44,653 nucleotides of DNA from Clostridia bacterium (lineage in GTDB: Bacteria; Bacillota; Clostridia; Christensenellales; DTU072): the NCBI GenBank assembly GCA_028701415.1, contig JAQVQU010000004.1, positions 1-44,653 of the forward strand, written 5' to 3'. How positions within the stretch are numbered: the stretch's first letter is position 1; each line of letters begins with the position of its first letter. Below, in pieces: positions 29,454-38,978 of the stretch. A program made the translations under genes and the position numbers. The notes below the pieces were generated by a model. That model was not told the origin of the DNA and did not search any database. It worked only from the letters and a program-made list of their open reading frames with translations.

Positions 29454-31262
29454 ATGTCGAAAATTATAGGAATTGATTTAGGAACAACAAATTCTGTTGT
29501 AGCGGTAATGGAAGGTGGAGAAGCTACCGTTATTGTAAATGCTGAGGGAAACAGAACGACACCATCAGTCGTTGGTTTTACAAAAGATGGAGAAAGATTG
29601 GTTGGTCAAGTTGCCAAGAGACAAGCGATAGTTAATCCCGATAGAACGATTAGTTCTATCAAAAGAGAAATGGGTACAAACTATACTGTAGTAGTAGATG
29701 AGAAGAAATATACTCCGCCAGAGATTTCTGCGATGATATTAACTAAATTAAAAAATGATGCCGAGGCTTATCTTGGGCAAAAAGTTACCAAAGCAGTTAT
29801 TACTGTTCCTGCGTATTTCTCGGATAGTCAGAGACAAGCGACTAAAGATGCTGGAAAAATAGCAGGACTAGAGGTTCTTCGTATTATTAATGAACCTACA
29901 GCTGCTGCCTTTGCATATGGATTAGATAAAAAACCTCAGAAGATATTAGTTTATGATTTGGGTGGTGGAACATTTGATGTTTCTATCCTCGATATTGGGG
30001 ATGGGGTTGTGGAAGTTTTGGCCACAAACGGAAATACACGTTTAGGAGGAGATGATTTTGACAAAAAAGTAATGGATTGGGTAGTTGAAGAGTTTAAGAA
30101 AACAACAGGAATAGACTTGTCAAAAGACAAAATGGCAATGCAAAGAGTTAAAGAAGCATCTGAAAAGGCAAAAATTGAATTATCTGGAATTAATAAAGTA
30201 AACATAAATTTACCTTTTATTACAAGCAATGAGAATGGTCCACAACATATAGACATGGATCTTACTCGCGCAAAATTTGACGATATGACTTCTGGCTTAG
30301 TAAAAGCTACTATTGGTCCTGTATTACAGGCTTTAAAAGATTCAAAACTATCTACAAAAGAAATAGAGAAAGTTCTTTTAGTTGGTGGATCTACAAGAAT
30401 ACCTGCCGTTATTGATGCTGTAAAGAATGTAATGGGACAAGACCCTTACAAAGGGATCAATCCAGACGAGTGCGTTGCATTGGGTGCTGCTATCCAGGGG
30501 GGTGTTTTAGCTGGGGAAGTCAAAGATATTCTTCTTTTAGATGTCACTCCTTTGTCTTTGGGCATTGAAACACTAGGTGGAGTTTTCACAAAATTAATCG
30601 AAAGAAATACCACTATCCCTACAAAAAAATCTCAGGTTTTTTCAACTGCTGCAGATAATCAAACATCTGTCGATATTCATGTACTACAGGGAGAAAGAGC
30701 TATGGCCAGTGATAATAAAACTCTAGGAAGGTTTGAGCTCACAGGGATACCTCCTGCAATGAGAGGAATCCCACAAATTGAGGTTACATTTGAGATAGAT
30801 CAAAATGGGATAGTATCGGTTGCTGCGCTTGATAAAGGGACAAATAAGTCTGCGAATATTACTATAACAGCTTCTTCGAATTTATCGAAAGAGGATATAG
30901 ATAGTGCTGTTAAGGAAGCGGAGAAATACGCTGAAGAAGATAAAAAACGCCGTGACTTGATTGATATGAAAAATACTACTGAACAACTCATTTTAGCAAT
31001 CGATAAAACCGTATCTGAAAGTGGGGAAAAACTGGATAGTCAGGATATAGAGACTCTCAAGAAAGCTGCAAGTGAAGCAAAAGAAAAATTAAAAACAGCT
31101 GAAGACGTTGAAACGGTAAAAGCTATTACCGAAGAATTGTCAAAGGTTACCAATCCTATTTTTACTAAACTATATCAAAAGGAACAGGAAGCTAATCCAT
31201 CAACTTCCGATAATAATGAAGATGGCCCAACTATAAATGTTGATCCAGATGATATTAAATAG
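29454..31262 (+). CDS. dnaK: Molecular chaperone DnaK (Hsp70)
   Basis: Start re-called to ATG 29454 ([14 protein letters not shown]) with AAGGAG 7 nt upstream. [12 protein letters not shown] motif. Confidence 0.97.
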   Translation: MSKIIGIDLGTTNSVVAVMEGGEATVIVNAEGNRTTPSVVGFTKDGERLVGQVAKRQAIVNPDRTISSIKREMGTNYTVVVDEKKYTPPEISAMILTKLKNDAEAYLGQKVTKAVITVPAYFSDSQRQATKDAGKIAGLEVLRIINEPTAAAFAYGLDKKPQKILVYDLGGGTFDVSILDIGDGVVEVLATNGNTRLGGDDFDKKVMDWVVEEFKKTTGIDLSKDKMAMQRVKEASEKAKIELSGINKVNINLPFITSNENGPQHIDMDLTRAKFDDMTSGLVKATIGPVLQALKDSKLSTKEIEKVLLVGGSTRIPAVIDAVKNVMGQDPYKGINPDECVALGAAIQGGVLAGEVKDILLLDVTPLSLGIETLGGVFTKLIERNTTIPTKKSQVFSTAADNQTSVDIHVLQGERAMASDNKTLGRFELTGIPPAMRGIPQIEVTFEIDQNGIVSVAALDKGTNKSANITITASSNLSKEDIDSAVKEAEKYAEEDKKRRDLIDMKNTTEQLILAIDKTVSESGEKLDSQDIETLKKAASEAKEKLKTAEDVETVKAITEELSKVTNPIFTKLYQKEQEANPSTSDNNEDGPTINVDPDDIK

Positions 31263-31271
31263 AGATTACTT

Positions 31272-32417
31272 ATGGAAAAGGATTATTATAAAACACTAGG
31301 GATAAGCAGAGAAGCGAACGCGGACGAAATTAAGTCCGCGTATCGCAGTTTAGCGAAAAAATGGCACCCGGATGTATTTGCTACAGACTCTGAAGAAAAG
31401 AAAAAAGAAGCTAAGGAAAAATTTACAGAAATTCAACATGCATATAGCGTTCTTTCTAATCCTGAAAAAAAAGCACTATATGATCAATATGGAAGTGAAG
31501 AAGGCCCTCAAATGTCTTCTTCGGGTAGCGCTGGGTTTGGTGGAAGTGGATTCGGGTTTGGAGACATATTCAGTGATTTATTTAATGTCTTTAGTGGAGG
31601 AGACTCTAGGTCCCGTTCATCAGGGTCCTCAAGGCAGAGAAGCGGAGAGGACATAGAGCTTCAATTGACACTTACGTTTGAAGAAGCTTGTTTTGGCGTA
31701 GAAAAAGAGATTTCTTATAAGAGGACTGAAAACTGTAGCTCATGTAATGGTACTGGTGCAAAGAATGGAAAATCGTATAGTACTTGTTCAAATTGCAAGG
31801 GCACGGGAAGTGTAATTGTTGAACAAAGAACTATGTTTGGAGTTATGCGAAGTCAGCAAGTTTGCTCATCTTGTGGTGGAAGAGGAAAGATAATAACTGA
31901 ACCCTGCCCTGATTGTGGTGGTGCTGGTAGAGTTAAAAGACAGAAAACAATAAAGGTAAAAATACCTGCGGGTGTGGACAACAACCAAATGTTAACAGTC
32001 AATGCAGAAGGAAACGCGGGATATAACGGGGCTCCTAATGGTAATTTAATAGTTGTATTCCGTGTCCTTCCACATAAGTTGTTTGTCAGATCAGGTTATG
32101 ATTTAAAATTAGACTTACCTATAAAAGTCTCCCAGGCGATTCTCGGGGGGAAAGTTTCAATTTTAACAATCAGTGGAGATAGAATTGACATAGACATACC
32201 AGAGGGGACCGAAGATGGAACAATTATAAGGGTTAAGAGAAGAGGAATAAAATTCCTAAGAAAAGACACTTACGGAGATTTATTTATAAAAATAATTATT
32301 GATTTACCTAAAAACCTTTCGATTAAGCAAAGGAAAGCTCTTAAGGAAAGTATGGATGTTTTGGAAAATGCTTCCTATTCAAAAGTTGATAAATTTAATA
32401 AACTGACAAACAATTAA
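31272..32417 (+). CDS. dnaJ: Molecular chaperone DnaJ (type I)
   Basis: J domain with HPD (KKWHPDV), a Gly/Phe-rich linker, and four CxxCxG repeats (CSSCNGTG, CSNCKGTG, CSSCGGRG, CPDCGGAG). Confidence 0.96.
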   Translation: MEKDYYKTLGISREANADEIKSAYRSLAKKWHPDVFATDSEEKKKEAKEKFTEIQHAYSVLSNPEKKALYDQYGSEEGPQMSSSGSAGFGGSGFGFGDIFSDLFNVFSGGDSRSRSSGSSRQRSGEDIELQLTLTFEEACFGVEKEISYKRTENCSSCNGTGAKNGKSYSTCSNCKGTGSVIVEQRTMFGVMRSQQVCSSCGGRGKIITEPCPDCGGAGRVKRQKTIKVKIPAGVDNNQMLTVNAEGNAGYNGAPNGNLIVVFRVLPHKLFVRSGYDLKLDLPIKVSQAILGGKVSILTISGDRIDIDIPEGTEDGTIIRVKRRGIKFLRKDTYGDLFIKIIIDLPKNLSIKQRKALKESMDVLENASYSKVDKFNKLTNN

Positions 32418-32429
32418 TATTTTATACAT

Positions 32430-33401
32430 ATGAAGAAAGAATTATCTATAAAAGTATCAAGAACTGGAGCTGATTATATAGTAAGCTCCTTTTTTTCATT
32501 AGGTATTGTTGAATTAAGAATAAATGATTCAAATACAATAAATGAAATCTTAGGGTCCAGTACTTTTTGGGATTATGTTGACGATAAGTTAATGGTTCCA
32601 TATGAAGATACTATAGAAATAATTGCTTATTTAGACGAAAGTGAAATCGAGAAAACTATTAAATTTTTAAAAAATGAGATGAAAAAATTAGTAGATGTTA
32701 ATTATGGAAAGATAATATTTTCAATAAAGGATTTCGTAAATATTGATTGGTTAAAGGAATGGAAGAAATATTACAAACCAATTAGTTGTGGGAAAATTGT
32801 AGTAGTACCAAGTTGGATGAAAGATAGTGAAGATTTTGAAGATTCTATTCCGGTTTATATAAATCCTGGTTGTTCTTTTGGGACTGGGGACCATGAAAGC
32901 ACTCGTATGTGTCTAGAACTATTATCAACTATACAACTGCAAGGAAAATCTATTGCTGATGTGGGGTCTGGAAGTGGAATTCTTGGCATTTCTGCTTTAA
33001 AACTGGGAGGATCTAAATGCTGTTTCCTTGATATTGATTTTGCTACATTATCAGAAGCAAGGAGTAATTATATTATAAATTTTAGTAATAATGAAAATTT
33101 TTTATTTTATGAGAAACAATTGGTAGATAAAAACGTTTGTTTTATTAAATCAGATCTTTTTAAAGGAATTAATCAAAAATTTGATATATTACTTGCAAAT
33201 ATTACTGCAGATCCTCTCATTAGTTTGTCTAATGACATAGAAAATAATTTATTACCTAATGGTTTACTGATTTGTTCAGGTATAATAGAAAAGTATAGAG
33301 ATTCTGTAGTAAAAGCTTTTCAAAGAAAAGGGTTATCATTAGAAAAAGAAGTAATCAATAATGGTTGGATTGCACAATTATATTTATATAATAATAATTA
33401 A
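32430..33401 (+). CDS. prmA: Ribosomal protein L11 methyltransferase
   Basis: NPGCSFGTGDHESTRMCLE and the SAM-binding motif DVGSGSGILGISA. The dnaJ-prmA order is conserved. Confidence 0.9.
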   Translation: MKKELSIKVSRTGADYIVSSFFSLGIVELRINDSNTINEILGSSTFWDYVDDKLMVPYEDTIEIIAYLDESEIEKTIKFLKNEMKKLVDVNYGKIIFSIKDFVNIDWLKEWKKYYKPISCGKIVVVPSWMKDSEDFEDSIPVYINPGCSFGTGDHESTRMCLELLSTIQLQGKSIADVGSGSGILGISALKLGGSKCCFLDIDFATLSEARSNYIINFSNNENFLFYEKQLVDKNVCFIKSDLFKGINQKFDILLANITADPLISLSNDIENNLLPNGLLICSGIIEKYRDSVVKAFQRKGLSLEKEVINNGWIAQLYLYNNN

Positions 33402-33418
33402 CACAAGTAGGTTTTGAA

Positions 33419-34123
33419 ATGGAAATTAGACGGTTTTATGGAACAAAGAAAAATAATATTATAGTTTTGGAGGGAGATGAGTTTTTTCATTGTATAAAAG
33501 TTTTAAGACATAGAATAGGATATGAAATAGTTGTATTTACAGGGGATGGTTTCGATTATAATTGTAGAATAATTAAAATACTCGATGACTCTCTTGAGGC
33601 TGAGATCTTATCCCATGAGAAAAATCAAGTAGAGAATAAATGGAAAATTATTTTATGCCAAGGTTTATGCAAAGAATTTGATTTTATTATACAAAAGGCG
33701 GTAGAACTAGGAGTAAATAAAATTATTCCCTTTTTAAGTTCTAGAACGAATATAAAAAACTTTAAAAGGATTAGGGCTGAAAAGATTATTTTAGATGCAG
33801 TAAAACAATGTGGCCGAGCCGTGATACCAGAAATCACTGAACCGATTAAGTATGAAGAGTTGTTCAACATGAACAAAAATTTCAAAAATAGAATCATATG
33901 TTATGAGGATTTGAAAGGTAACTCACTTTATTCCCAACTGAATTGGGTAGACAGAGACGTATTAATTGTAATAGGGAGTGAAGGCGGTTTTACTGAAGAG
34001 GAAATTAGAAATGCAGCTAATTCAGGTTTAAAAATCGTTTCACTTGGTAATAGAATACTTAAAGCAGAAACTGCGGCTATTACGGGGCTAATAACAGTTC
34101 TAATAAAATATGATGAGATTTAA
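33419..34123 (+). CDS. rsmE: 16S rRNA (uracil1498-N3)-methyltransferase RsmE (YqeU)
   Basis: 234 aa. The IGSEGGFTEEEI motif is typical of RsmE/SPOUT enzymes. The prmA-rsmE synteny is conserved. Confidence 0.85.
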   Translation: MEIRRFYGTKKNNIIVLEGDEFFHCIKVLRHRIGYEIVVFTGDGFDYNCRIIKILDDSLEAEILSHEKNQVENKWKIILCQGLCKEFDFIIQKAVELGVNKIIPFLSSRTNIKNFKRIRAEKIILDAVKQCGRAVIPEITEPIKYEELFNMNKNFKNRIICYEDLKGNSLYSQLNWVDRDVLIVIGSEGGFTEEEIRNAANSGLKIVSLGNRILKAETAAITGLITVLIKYDEI

Positions 34124-34125
34124 TA

Positions 34126-35406
34126 ATGAATAAAAAAGTTTCAGTTTTCAATATAGGATGCAAAGTTAATCAATATGAATGTGATTGTATACAAGGGGCA
34201 CTAGAAAAGACCGGAGTTGAAACAAGCAATGAACTCATATATGCGGATATTTATGTTGTTAATACTTGTTCTGTAACCGCAGAAGCTGAAAGAAAATCGA
34301 GGCAAATAATTTCTAGGATTAGAAAAATTAATCCCAAGGCGGATATTATTATTACCGGTTGTGCTGCACAAAAAAACCCTCAGTTCTATGAAGATAAGGG
34401 TGCAAGTATTATTACTGGAGTTCTCAACAAGAATCAGTTAATCGAAAACACAAAAAATATTATACAAGGCAGTATAGAATTAATAAATAAGAGAATTGAA
34501 CCAATAAATACTAAAAATGACATAGCATATGAGAATATTTCCTCATATGCTATATTAAACAAGACTAGAGCCTTTGTGAAAATTCAAGATGGTTGTGATA
34601 ACTTCTGTTCATATTGCACTATACCGCTACTTAGAGGAAATGCTAGGTCAAGAAATATTTTAAGCATTGTTTCAGAGATGGAAGAGTTAAAATATTTAAC
34701 TAAAGAGGTTGTTTTGACTGGAATTAACTTATCTTCGTATGGGAAAGATATCAATGAGAGTCTAGTTACTCTTATTGAAAAAATGAAAGATATGCCTTTT
34801 AGGTTTAGAATTGGATCCTTCTATCTAGAAGGAATAGATGAGGATCTAATGGTTGCTTTGGTAAAGTCAAATAATTTTTGTCCACACTTTCATTTATCCC
34901 TACAAAGCTGTTCTGACTCTGTACTTTTTGATATGGGAAGACGATATAATTCAAAAAATATTGAGGAAAAGGTCAGATTGATTAAATCATTTTTCCCCGT
35001 ATCTTCTATCACCGCTGATATAATAGTCGGATATCCTACCGAATCAGAGAAAAACTATAGTGAAACTTATGATAATATTAAATCATTAGGATTATCTTCG
35101 ATACATGTATTTCCTTTTTCACGAAGAGAAAATACTAAATCCTATTATTTAAAACCATTATCTAATGATATAATAAAAGAGAGAAAACATAATATTATTG
35201 AGTTATCAAAAATATTAGAGAAGGATTTTTTGAAGAAAATGTTGTTTGAGAAGCAAAATGTTATTTTTGAAAGAAAAGAGAAAAGTGGTTTGTTTTCTGG
35301 ATATTCAGAATACTATATTAAAGTATATTCTGATAGTAAACAGGAGATGGCGTCTATCACACCCACGGGACTCTTTCAAGATGGTTTAATAGGAGTTGAA
35401 GAATAA
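34126..35406 (+). CDS. mtaB: tRNA threonylcarbamoyladenosine methylthiotransferase MtaB (YqeV, MiaB-like radical SAM)
   Basis: N-terminal UPF0004 cysteines (GCKVNQYE, NTCSVT). Radical-SAM motif IQDGCDNFCSYC. Its position after rsmE matches Bacillus yqeV. Confidence 0.85.
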   Translation: MNKKVSVFNIGCKVNQYECDCIQGALEKTGVETSNELIYADIYVVNTCSVTAEAERKSRQIISRIRKINPKADIIITGCAAQKNPQFYEDKGASIITGVLNKNQLIENTKNIIQGSIELINKRIEPINTKNDIAYENISSYAILNKTRAFVKIQDGCDNFCSYCTIPLLRGNARSRNILSIVSEMEELKYLTKEVVLTGINLSSYGKDINESLVTLIEKMKDMPFRFRIGSFYLEGIDEDLMVALVKSNNFCPHFHLSLQSCSDSVLFDMGRRYNSKNIEEKVRLIKSFFPVSSITADIIVGYPTESEKNYSETYDNIKSLGLSSIHVFPFSRRENTKSYYLKPLSNDIIKERKHNIIELSKILEKDFLKKMLFEKQNVIFERKEKSGLFSGYSEYYIKVYSDSKQEMASITPTGLFQDGLIGVEE

Positions 35407-35747
35407 TGAAGGATTGTGTGTTTTGTAAAATAATTTCAGGGGAAATTAGTTCAAAATTTGAGTATGAAGATGAAAATATGATTATCATAAAAGATATTAA
35501 TCCTCAAGCGACAATCCATTTATTGTTGATCCCGAAAAAACATTTTTCAAATTTGATGGACATTACAGAAGAACAGACAGAAATTCTTGCACAATGTTTA
35601 AAAAAGTTGAGTCATATTTATTTGGATTTAGGATTAGATAGAGGTTTTCGTATCGTTTGTAACTCCGGATTAGATGCTTGCCAATCTGTTTATCATTTGC
35701 ACATACATATTCTCGGAGGAGAGTTGCTATCGGATAAAATGGCTTAA
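35406..35747 (+). CDS. HIT-family (HinT-like) nucleotide hydrolase
   Basis: 113 aa with CVFCKII near the N-terminus and the histidine triad HLHIHILGG. TAATG overlap with mtaB. Confidence 0.88.
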   Translation: MKDCVFCKIISGEISSKFEYEDENMIIIKDINPQATIHLLLIPKKHFSNLMDITEEQTEILAQCLKKLSHIYLDLGLDRGFRIVCNSGLDACQSVYHLHIHILGGELLSDKMA

Positions 35748-35771
35748 TTATTCTATTTAGGGGGTGGGATA

Positions 35772-38459
35772 TTGCTTAAGTTAGATAGTATTAGTAGAGT
35801 TTACGAGATGCCTTCTTACAAAATTGAAGCACTTAAAGATATTTCAATAGAATTTAGGGAAAGTGAGTTTGTATCAATTTTAGGACCATCTGGATGTGGA
35901 AAAAGTACTTTGTTAAACATTATAGGTGGATTAGATAGGTATTCTTTTGGATCAATGTCAATTGATGGTATTTCAACCAAGGAATTTTCGGACAATCATT
36001 GGGATTCTTATAGAAATTCAACTATAGGTTTTGTTTTTCAAGGGTATAATTTGATTCCTCATTTAAATGTTTTTGAGAATATAGAGCTATCTTTAACTAT
36101 ATCGGGAGATAAGAAAGCCGATAGAAGCAAGAAAGTTTATCAAGTGTTAGAAAGCGTGGGGATGCTTACAGAAATAAAACGTAAACCTGGACAATTATCG
36201 GGAGGTCAAAGTCAAAGAGTCGCAATAGCACGCGCACTTGTAAATGATCCATCGATAGTGCTTGCAGATGAACCTACAGGAGCTCTTGATAGTGAATTAA
36301 GCTTACAAATAATGGAATTACTGAAGAAAATATCAAAAAACCGACTTGTTATTATGGTTACTCATAACAGAGAGTTAGCAAATATATTTAGTACAAGAAT
36401 TATTGAGTTGAAAGATGGAAGAATTATTGCTGATTCGAACCCGTACTCAACTTCTGAAACTTTTTTAACTACTAACATAGATGATTCAAATAACGAGTCT
36501 AAAATTATCCCTGAATTACAAGATAAGATTGAAAAAGAGAATAAAACAGAACAGGCTAGAAAGCAAAAGAAACGAAATAAAAAGACTATTAAGAGCGAGC
36601 GTAAATTGCTAGTGCAAAATATTTTGTTTAGAACAAAAGCTGAATATAGTAATGTCTCCGAAATACCCTTTAAAAAGGTATCAATGGGTTTTGGAAAAGC
36701 AATAGTAATAAGTTTTAGAAATATGATGACAAAAAAAAGAAGAACCACATTAACTTCAATAGCAGGAAGTATTGGAATTATTGGGATAGCTTTGGTTTTA
36801 TCTTTGTCTTATGGTTATAATGTTTATATCGCAGACATGCAGTCTTCTATGCTCTCAAATGTCCCAATAGGGATTTATGAATACTCGCTTGATTACAATG
36901 CTGCTTTTGATGCTATGCAAGGATTAACAGGATCTCCCAAAGAAGGGGATTTCAGAGATGATGAAATAATTATGCTTAGAGAAGGAGCCACTGAAGCGGG
37001 TCCTGCAAGTGTATTGAGTCTTTTTACTAATTCTATTAGCAGAAACAAAATAACCCCTGATTTAATTAACTATTTAAAAGGCATAAATACAAATTTGATT
37101 GATGGTATGAATTTTATTTATGGAACAAGAATGAATTTAGTTTCAGAGTACTATGATGAACATGGAATAATTAAATATGCCGACATTAGTCAAGTTCCTT
37201 CAGCGACAACTGCAATGACAATAGCAACAACAGTACTAGGAGGAAATGGTCAAGAACCCCCCCATTGGAATCAACTTCCCGGAAATATAGACTTTATTTC
37301 TAAGTATTATGATGTAATCGGTGGTAAATATCCAGAAAATAAGAATGAAATAGTAGTGGTTGTTGACGGGAATAATTCAATTGATATCCCCACACTTGAA
37401 GAATTCAAAATTGATTTTTATCAACGAGATTTAAATAAAAGCATTTTAACAGATGAAAACAGTGATTTAATTATTAGAGAAAGTTTGTCTTTTAACGATG
37501 TTATAGGTAAAAAATTTAAGCTAATACATTTTAATGATTATTTTGTCGAAAATGACGAAGGTCTTTTCGAAATACCAGAAAGTCAAACAAGTTTGTCAAA
37601 TATGTATAATCTTGATAATTCTGAGACATTAGAAATAGTTGGAGTTTTAAGAATTAAACCAGGTGCTTCTACTGATTTAGTTGGGACTAACATATGTTAT
37701 TTGCCGGATTTAGCCGAATATGTTTTATTAAATGCGATGGAATCAGACATATGCAATGCACAAAGAATTGATATTTCTAATTCTGTTCTCAAGGGACACA
37801 CAATGCCTATAGAAAGTGATGATAAAAATATAATTACATTTTTTATGACTGGTTTACAAAAAACCGGGTATTTAAAAAGTATAGGATTAGACCCAGTCCC
37901 GACATATATAGGGATATATCCTAAGGATTTTAATTCAAAAACAATTTTGGTAAACTTGTTAAATGATTACAACGAAGGGTTAGAAGAAGAATATAAAATT
38001 AATTATTTTGATATATCTGAGATGTTTATTCACAATATGCGTATAGCTGTTGATTTGATAACAAAAGTATTGATTTCTGTTGCTTCAATATCTTTAATTG
38101 TGTCCTGCATAATGATTTCAATAATGACAGGAAATTCTGTCGCTGAACGCACTAGGGAGATTGGAATCTTGCGCAGCATCGGGGCGAGGAAACTCGATAT
38201 ATTCAGTATTTTTAATGCTGAAACGATTATTATTGGTTTATTTAGTGGATTAATTGCAATTGGAGTTTCTTATCTATTTATTCCTTTAGCAAATTATTTA
38301 ATTGGGGTTGCTACTGGCATATTTGGGGTTATGATTTTAAATCCAATTCATGCTTTTTTATTAGTAATTATAAGTTTTGTTCTGACTTTTATATCTGGAT
38401 TAATTCCATCACAAATGGCTGCAAATAGAAATGTAGTAGATGCTTTAAGATTAGAATAA
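35772..38459 (+). CDS. Fused ABC transporter ATPase + FtsX/MacB-type permease with an enlarged extracytoplasmic domain (TTG start)
   Basis: 895 aa. The nucleotide-binding domain has GPSGCGKST, LSGGQSQRVAIARAL, VLADEPTGALD and VTHN. A Lys/Glu-rich linker follows, then TM1 (LTSIAGSIGIIGIALVLSLSYG) and a soluble domain of roughly 400 aa. The C-terminal FtsX module has the EIGILRSIGARK motif and 3 TM helices. SD GGGGGTGGG lies upstream. Confidence 0.9.
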   Translation: MLKLDSISRVYEMPSYKIEALKDISIEFRESEFVSILGPSGCGKSTLLNIIGGLDRYSFGSMSIDGISTKEFSDNHWDSYRNSTIGFVFQGYNLIPHLNVFENIELSLTISGDKKADRSKKVYQVLESVGMLTEIKRKPGQLSGGQSQRVAIARALVNDPSIVLADEPTGALDSELSLQIMELLKKISKNRLVIMVTHNRELANIFSTRIIELKDGRIIADSNPYSTSETFLTTNIDDSNNESKIIPELQDKIEKENKTEQARKQKKRNKKTIKSERKLLVQNILFRTKAEYSNVSEIPFKKVSMGFGKAIVISFRNMMTKKRRTTLTSIAGSIGIIGIALVLSLSYGYNVYIADMQSSMLSNVPIGIYEYSLDYNAAFDAMQGLTGSPKEGDFRDDEIIMLREGATEAGPASVLSLFTNSISRNKITPDLINYLKGINTNLIDGMNFIYGTRMNLVSEYYDEHGIIKYADISQVPSATTAMTIATTVLGGNGQEPPHWNQLPGNIDFISKYYDVIGGKYPENKNEIVVVVDGNNSIDIPTLEEFKIDFYQRDLNKSILTDENSDLIIRESLSFNDVIGKKFKLIHFNDYFVENDEGLFEIPESQTSLSNMYNLDNSETLEIVGVLRIKPGASTDLVGTNICYLPDLAEYVLLNAMESDICNAQRIDISNSVLKGHTMPIESDDKNIITFFMTGLQKTGYLKSIGLDPVPTYIGIYPKDFNSKTILVNLLNDYNEGLEEEYKINYFDISEMFIHNMRIAVDLITKVLISVASISLIVSCIMISIMTGNSVAERTREIGILRSIGARKLDIFSIFNAETIIIGLFSGLIAIGVSYLFIPLANYLIGVATGIFGVMILNPIHAFLLVIISFVLTFISGLIPSQMAANRNVVDALRLE

Positions 38460-38470
38460 ATTTACTTAAA

Positions 38471-38498
38471 AAATCTCCGAGATTTCCGGAGATTTTTT
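38471..38498. terminator. Bidirectional rho-independent terminator shared by the ABC gene (+) and rpsU (-)
   Basis: 9-bp stem (AAATCTCCG at 38471-38479, CGGAGATTT at 38487-38495) with a 7-nt loop. An A-run lies upstream and a T-run (to 38498) downstream, so a U-tract is present on both strands. It sits between two convergent stop codons. Confidence 0.8.
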
Positions 38499-38506
38499 GA
38501 GACTAT

Positions 38507-38683
38507 TTATTTGTATAATCTTTTTCTGGCAGCTTCTGCTTTTTTCTTTTTTCTTACACTGGGTTTTTCATAAGCTTCTTTTTTTCGTAAATAACCAATA
38601 GTACCATCATTAGCACATTTTTTCTTCCATCTACGCACGGCACTATCTAAAGACTCGCTGTCTCTTACATAAACTGTTGTCAT
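38507..38683 (-). CDS. rpsU: 30S ribosomal protein S21 (absent from the supplied ORF track)
   Basis: My translation of the reverse complement gives [58 protein letters not shown] (58 aa). This matches the S21 pattern (..V...ESLDSALRRFKR.C...G.L.E.R.RE.YEKPS..RK.K..AA.KR). SD GGGGGTGA lies 6 nt upstream of the ATG (38683-38681 on the - strand). Confidence 0.92.
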   Translation of the reverse strand: MTTVYVRDSESLDSAVRRWKKKCANDGTIGYLRKKEAYEKPSVRKKKKAEAARKRLYK

Positions 38684-38719
38684 TATTACTCACCCCCTTT
38701 TGATTCGATTTGCATGTTT

Positions 38720-38749
38720 ATTTTACATAATATGGCATCAATAAGTCAA
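38720..38749 (-). promoter_or_regulatory. Candidate promoter for rpsU (TTGACT-18 nt-TAAAAT on the - strand)
   Basis: On the minus strand, TTGACT is at + coordinates 38744-38749 and TAAAAT at 38720-38725, preceded directly by TG. The 18-nt spacer is suboptimal. Confidence 0.35.
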
Positions 38750-38881
38750 GAAGAATATATATCCATATTTTGCATTATTCACTAGTTGCACTTACTTTGA
38801 GAACTGACATGCATTATTTACTAGCTTATTCCTTTTTTACGAAAAACGCGTAAGATTTATTTTTATAGTTTCATATATGAG

Positions 38882-38914
38882 ATTAAATTATTAAATTAAA
38901 GAAATATTAAATTA
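38882..38914. repeat. Three copies of ATTAAATTA in the rpsU-dnaG intergenic region
   Basis: Exact 9-mers at 38882-38890, 38890-38898 (sharing one base with the first) and 38906-38914. Start-to-start spacings are 8 and 16 bp. Confidence 0.7.
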
Positions 38915-38978
38915 TTTAAGGATAATAACAGTTTGCTTGCGTAAATGTATAGGAAAGTAAAAAAAAGGGTTTTTAAAA

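Noticed and set aside
31372-31656. A 94-aa same-strand ORF in an alternative frame inside dnaJ.
   Set aside because: It lies entirely within the J-domain and G/F region of a well-supported dnaJ. It has no SD and a Lys/Leu-rich nonsense-like sequence. It is most simply a chance open frame.
36431-36441. GGGTTCGAATC on the minus strand, which resembles a tRNA T-loop.
   Set aside because: The flanking bases do not form a T-stem (ACGGG and CAGCA are not complementary). No acceptor or anticodon arms are evident. The site is inside the conserved ABC ATPase coding region.
38732-38785. A 17-codon ORF (MASISQEEYISIFCIIH) on the + strand in the rpsU-dnaG gap.
   Set aside because: It has no SD and overlaps the putative rpsU promoter on the opposite strand. 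It is too short and featureless to support.
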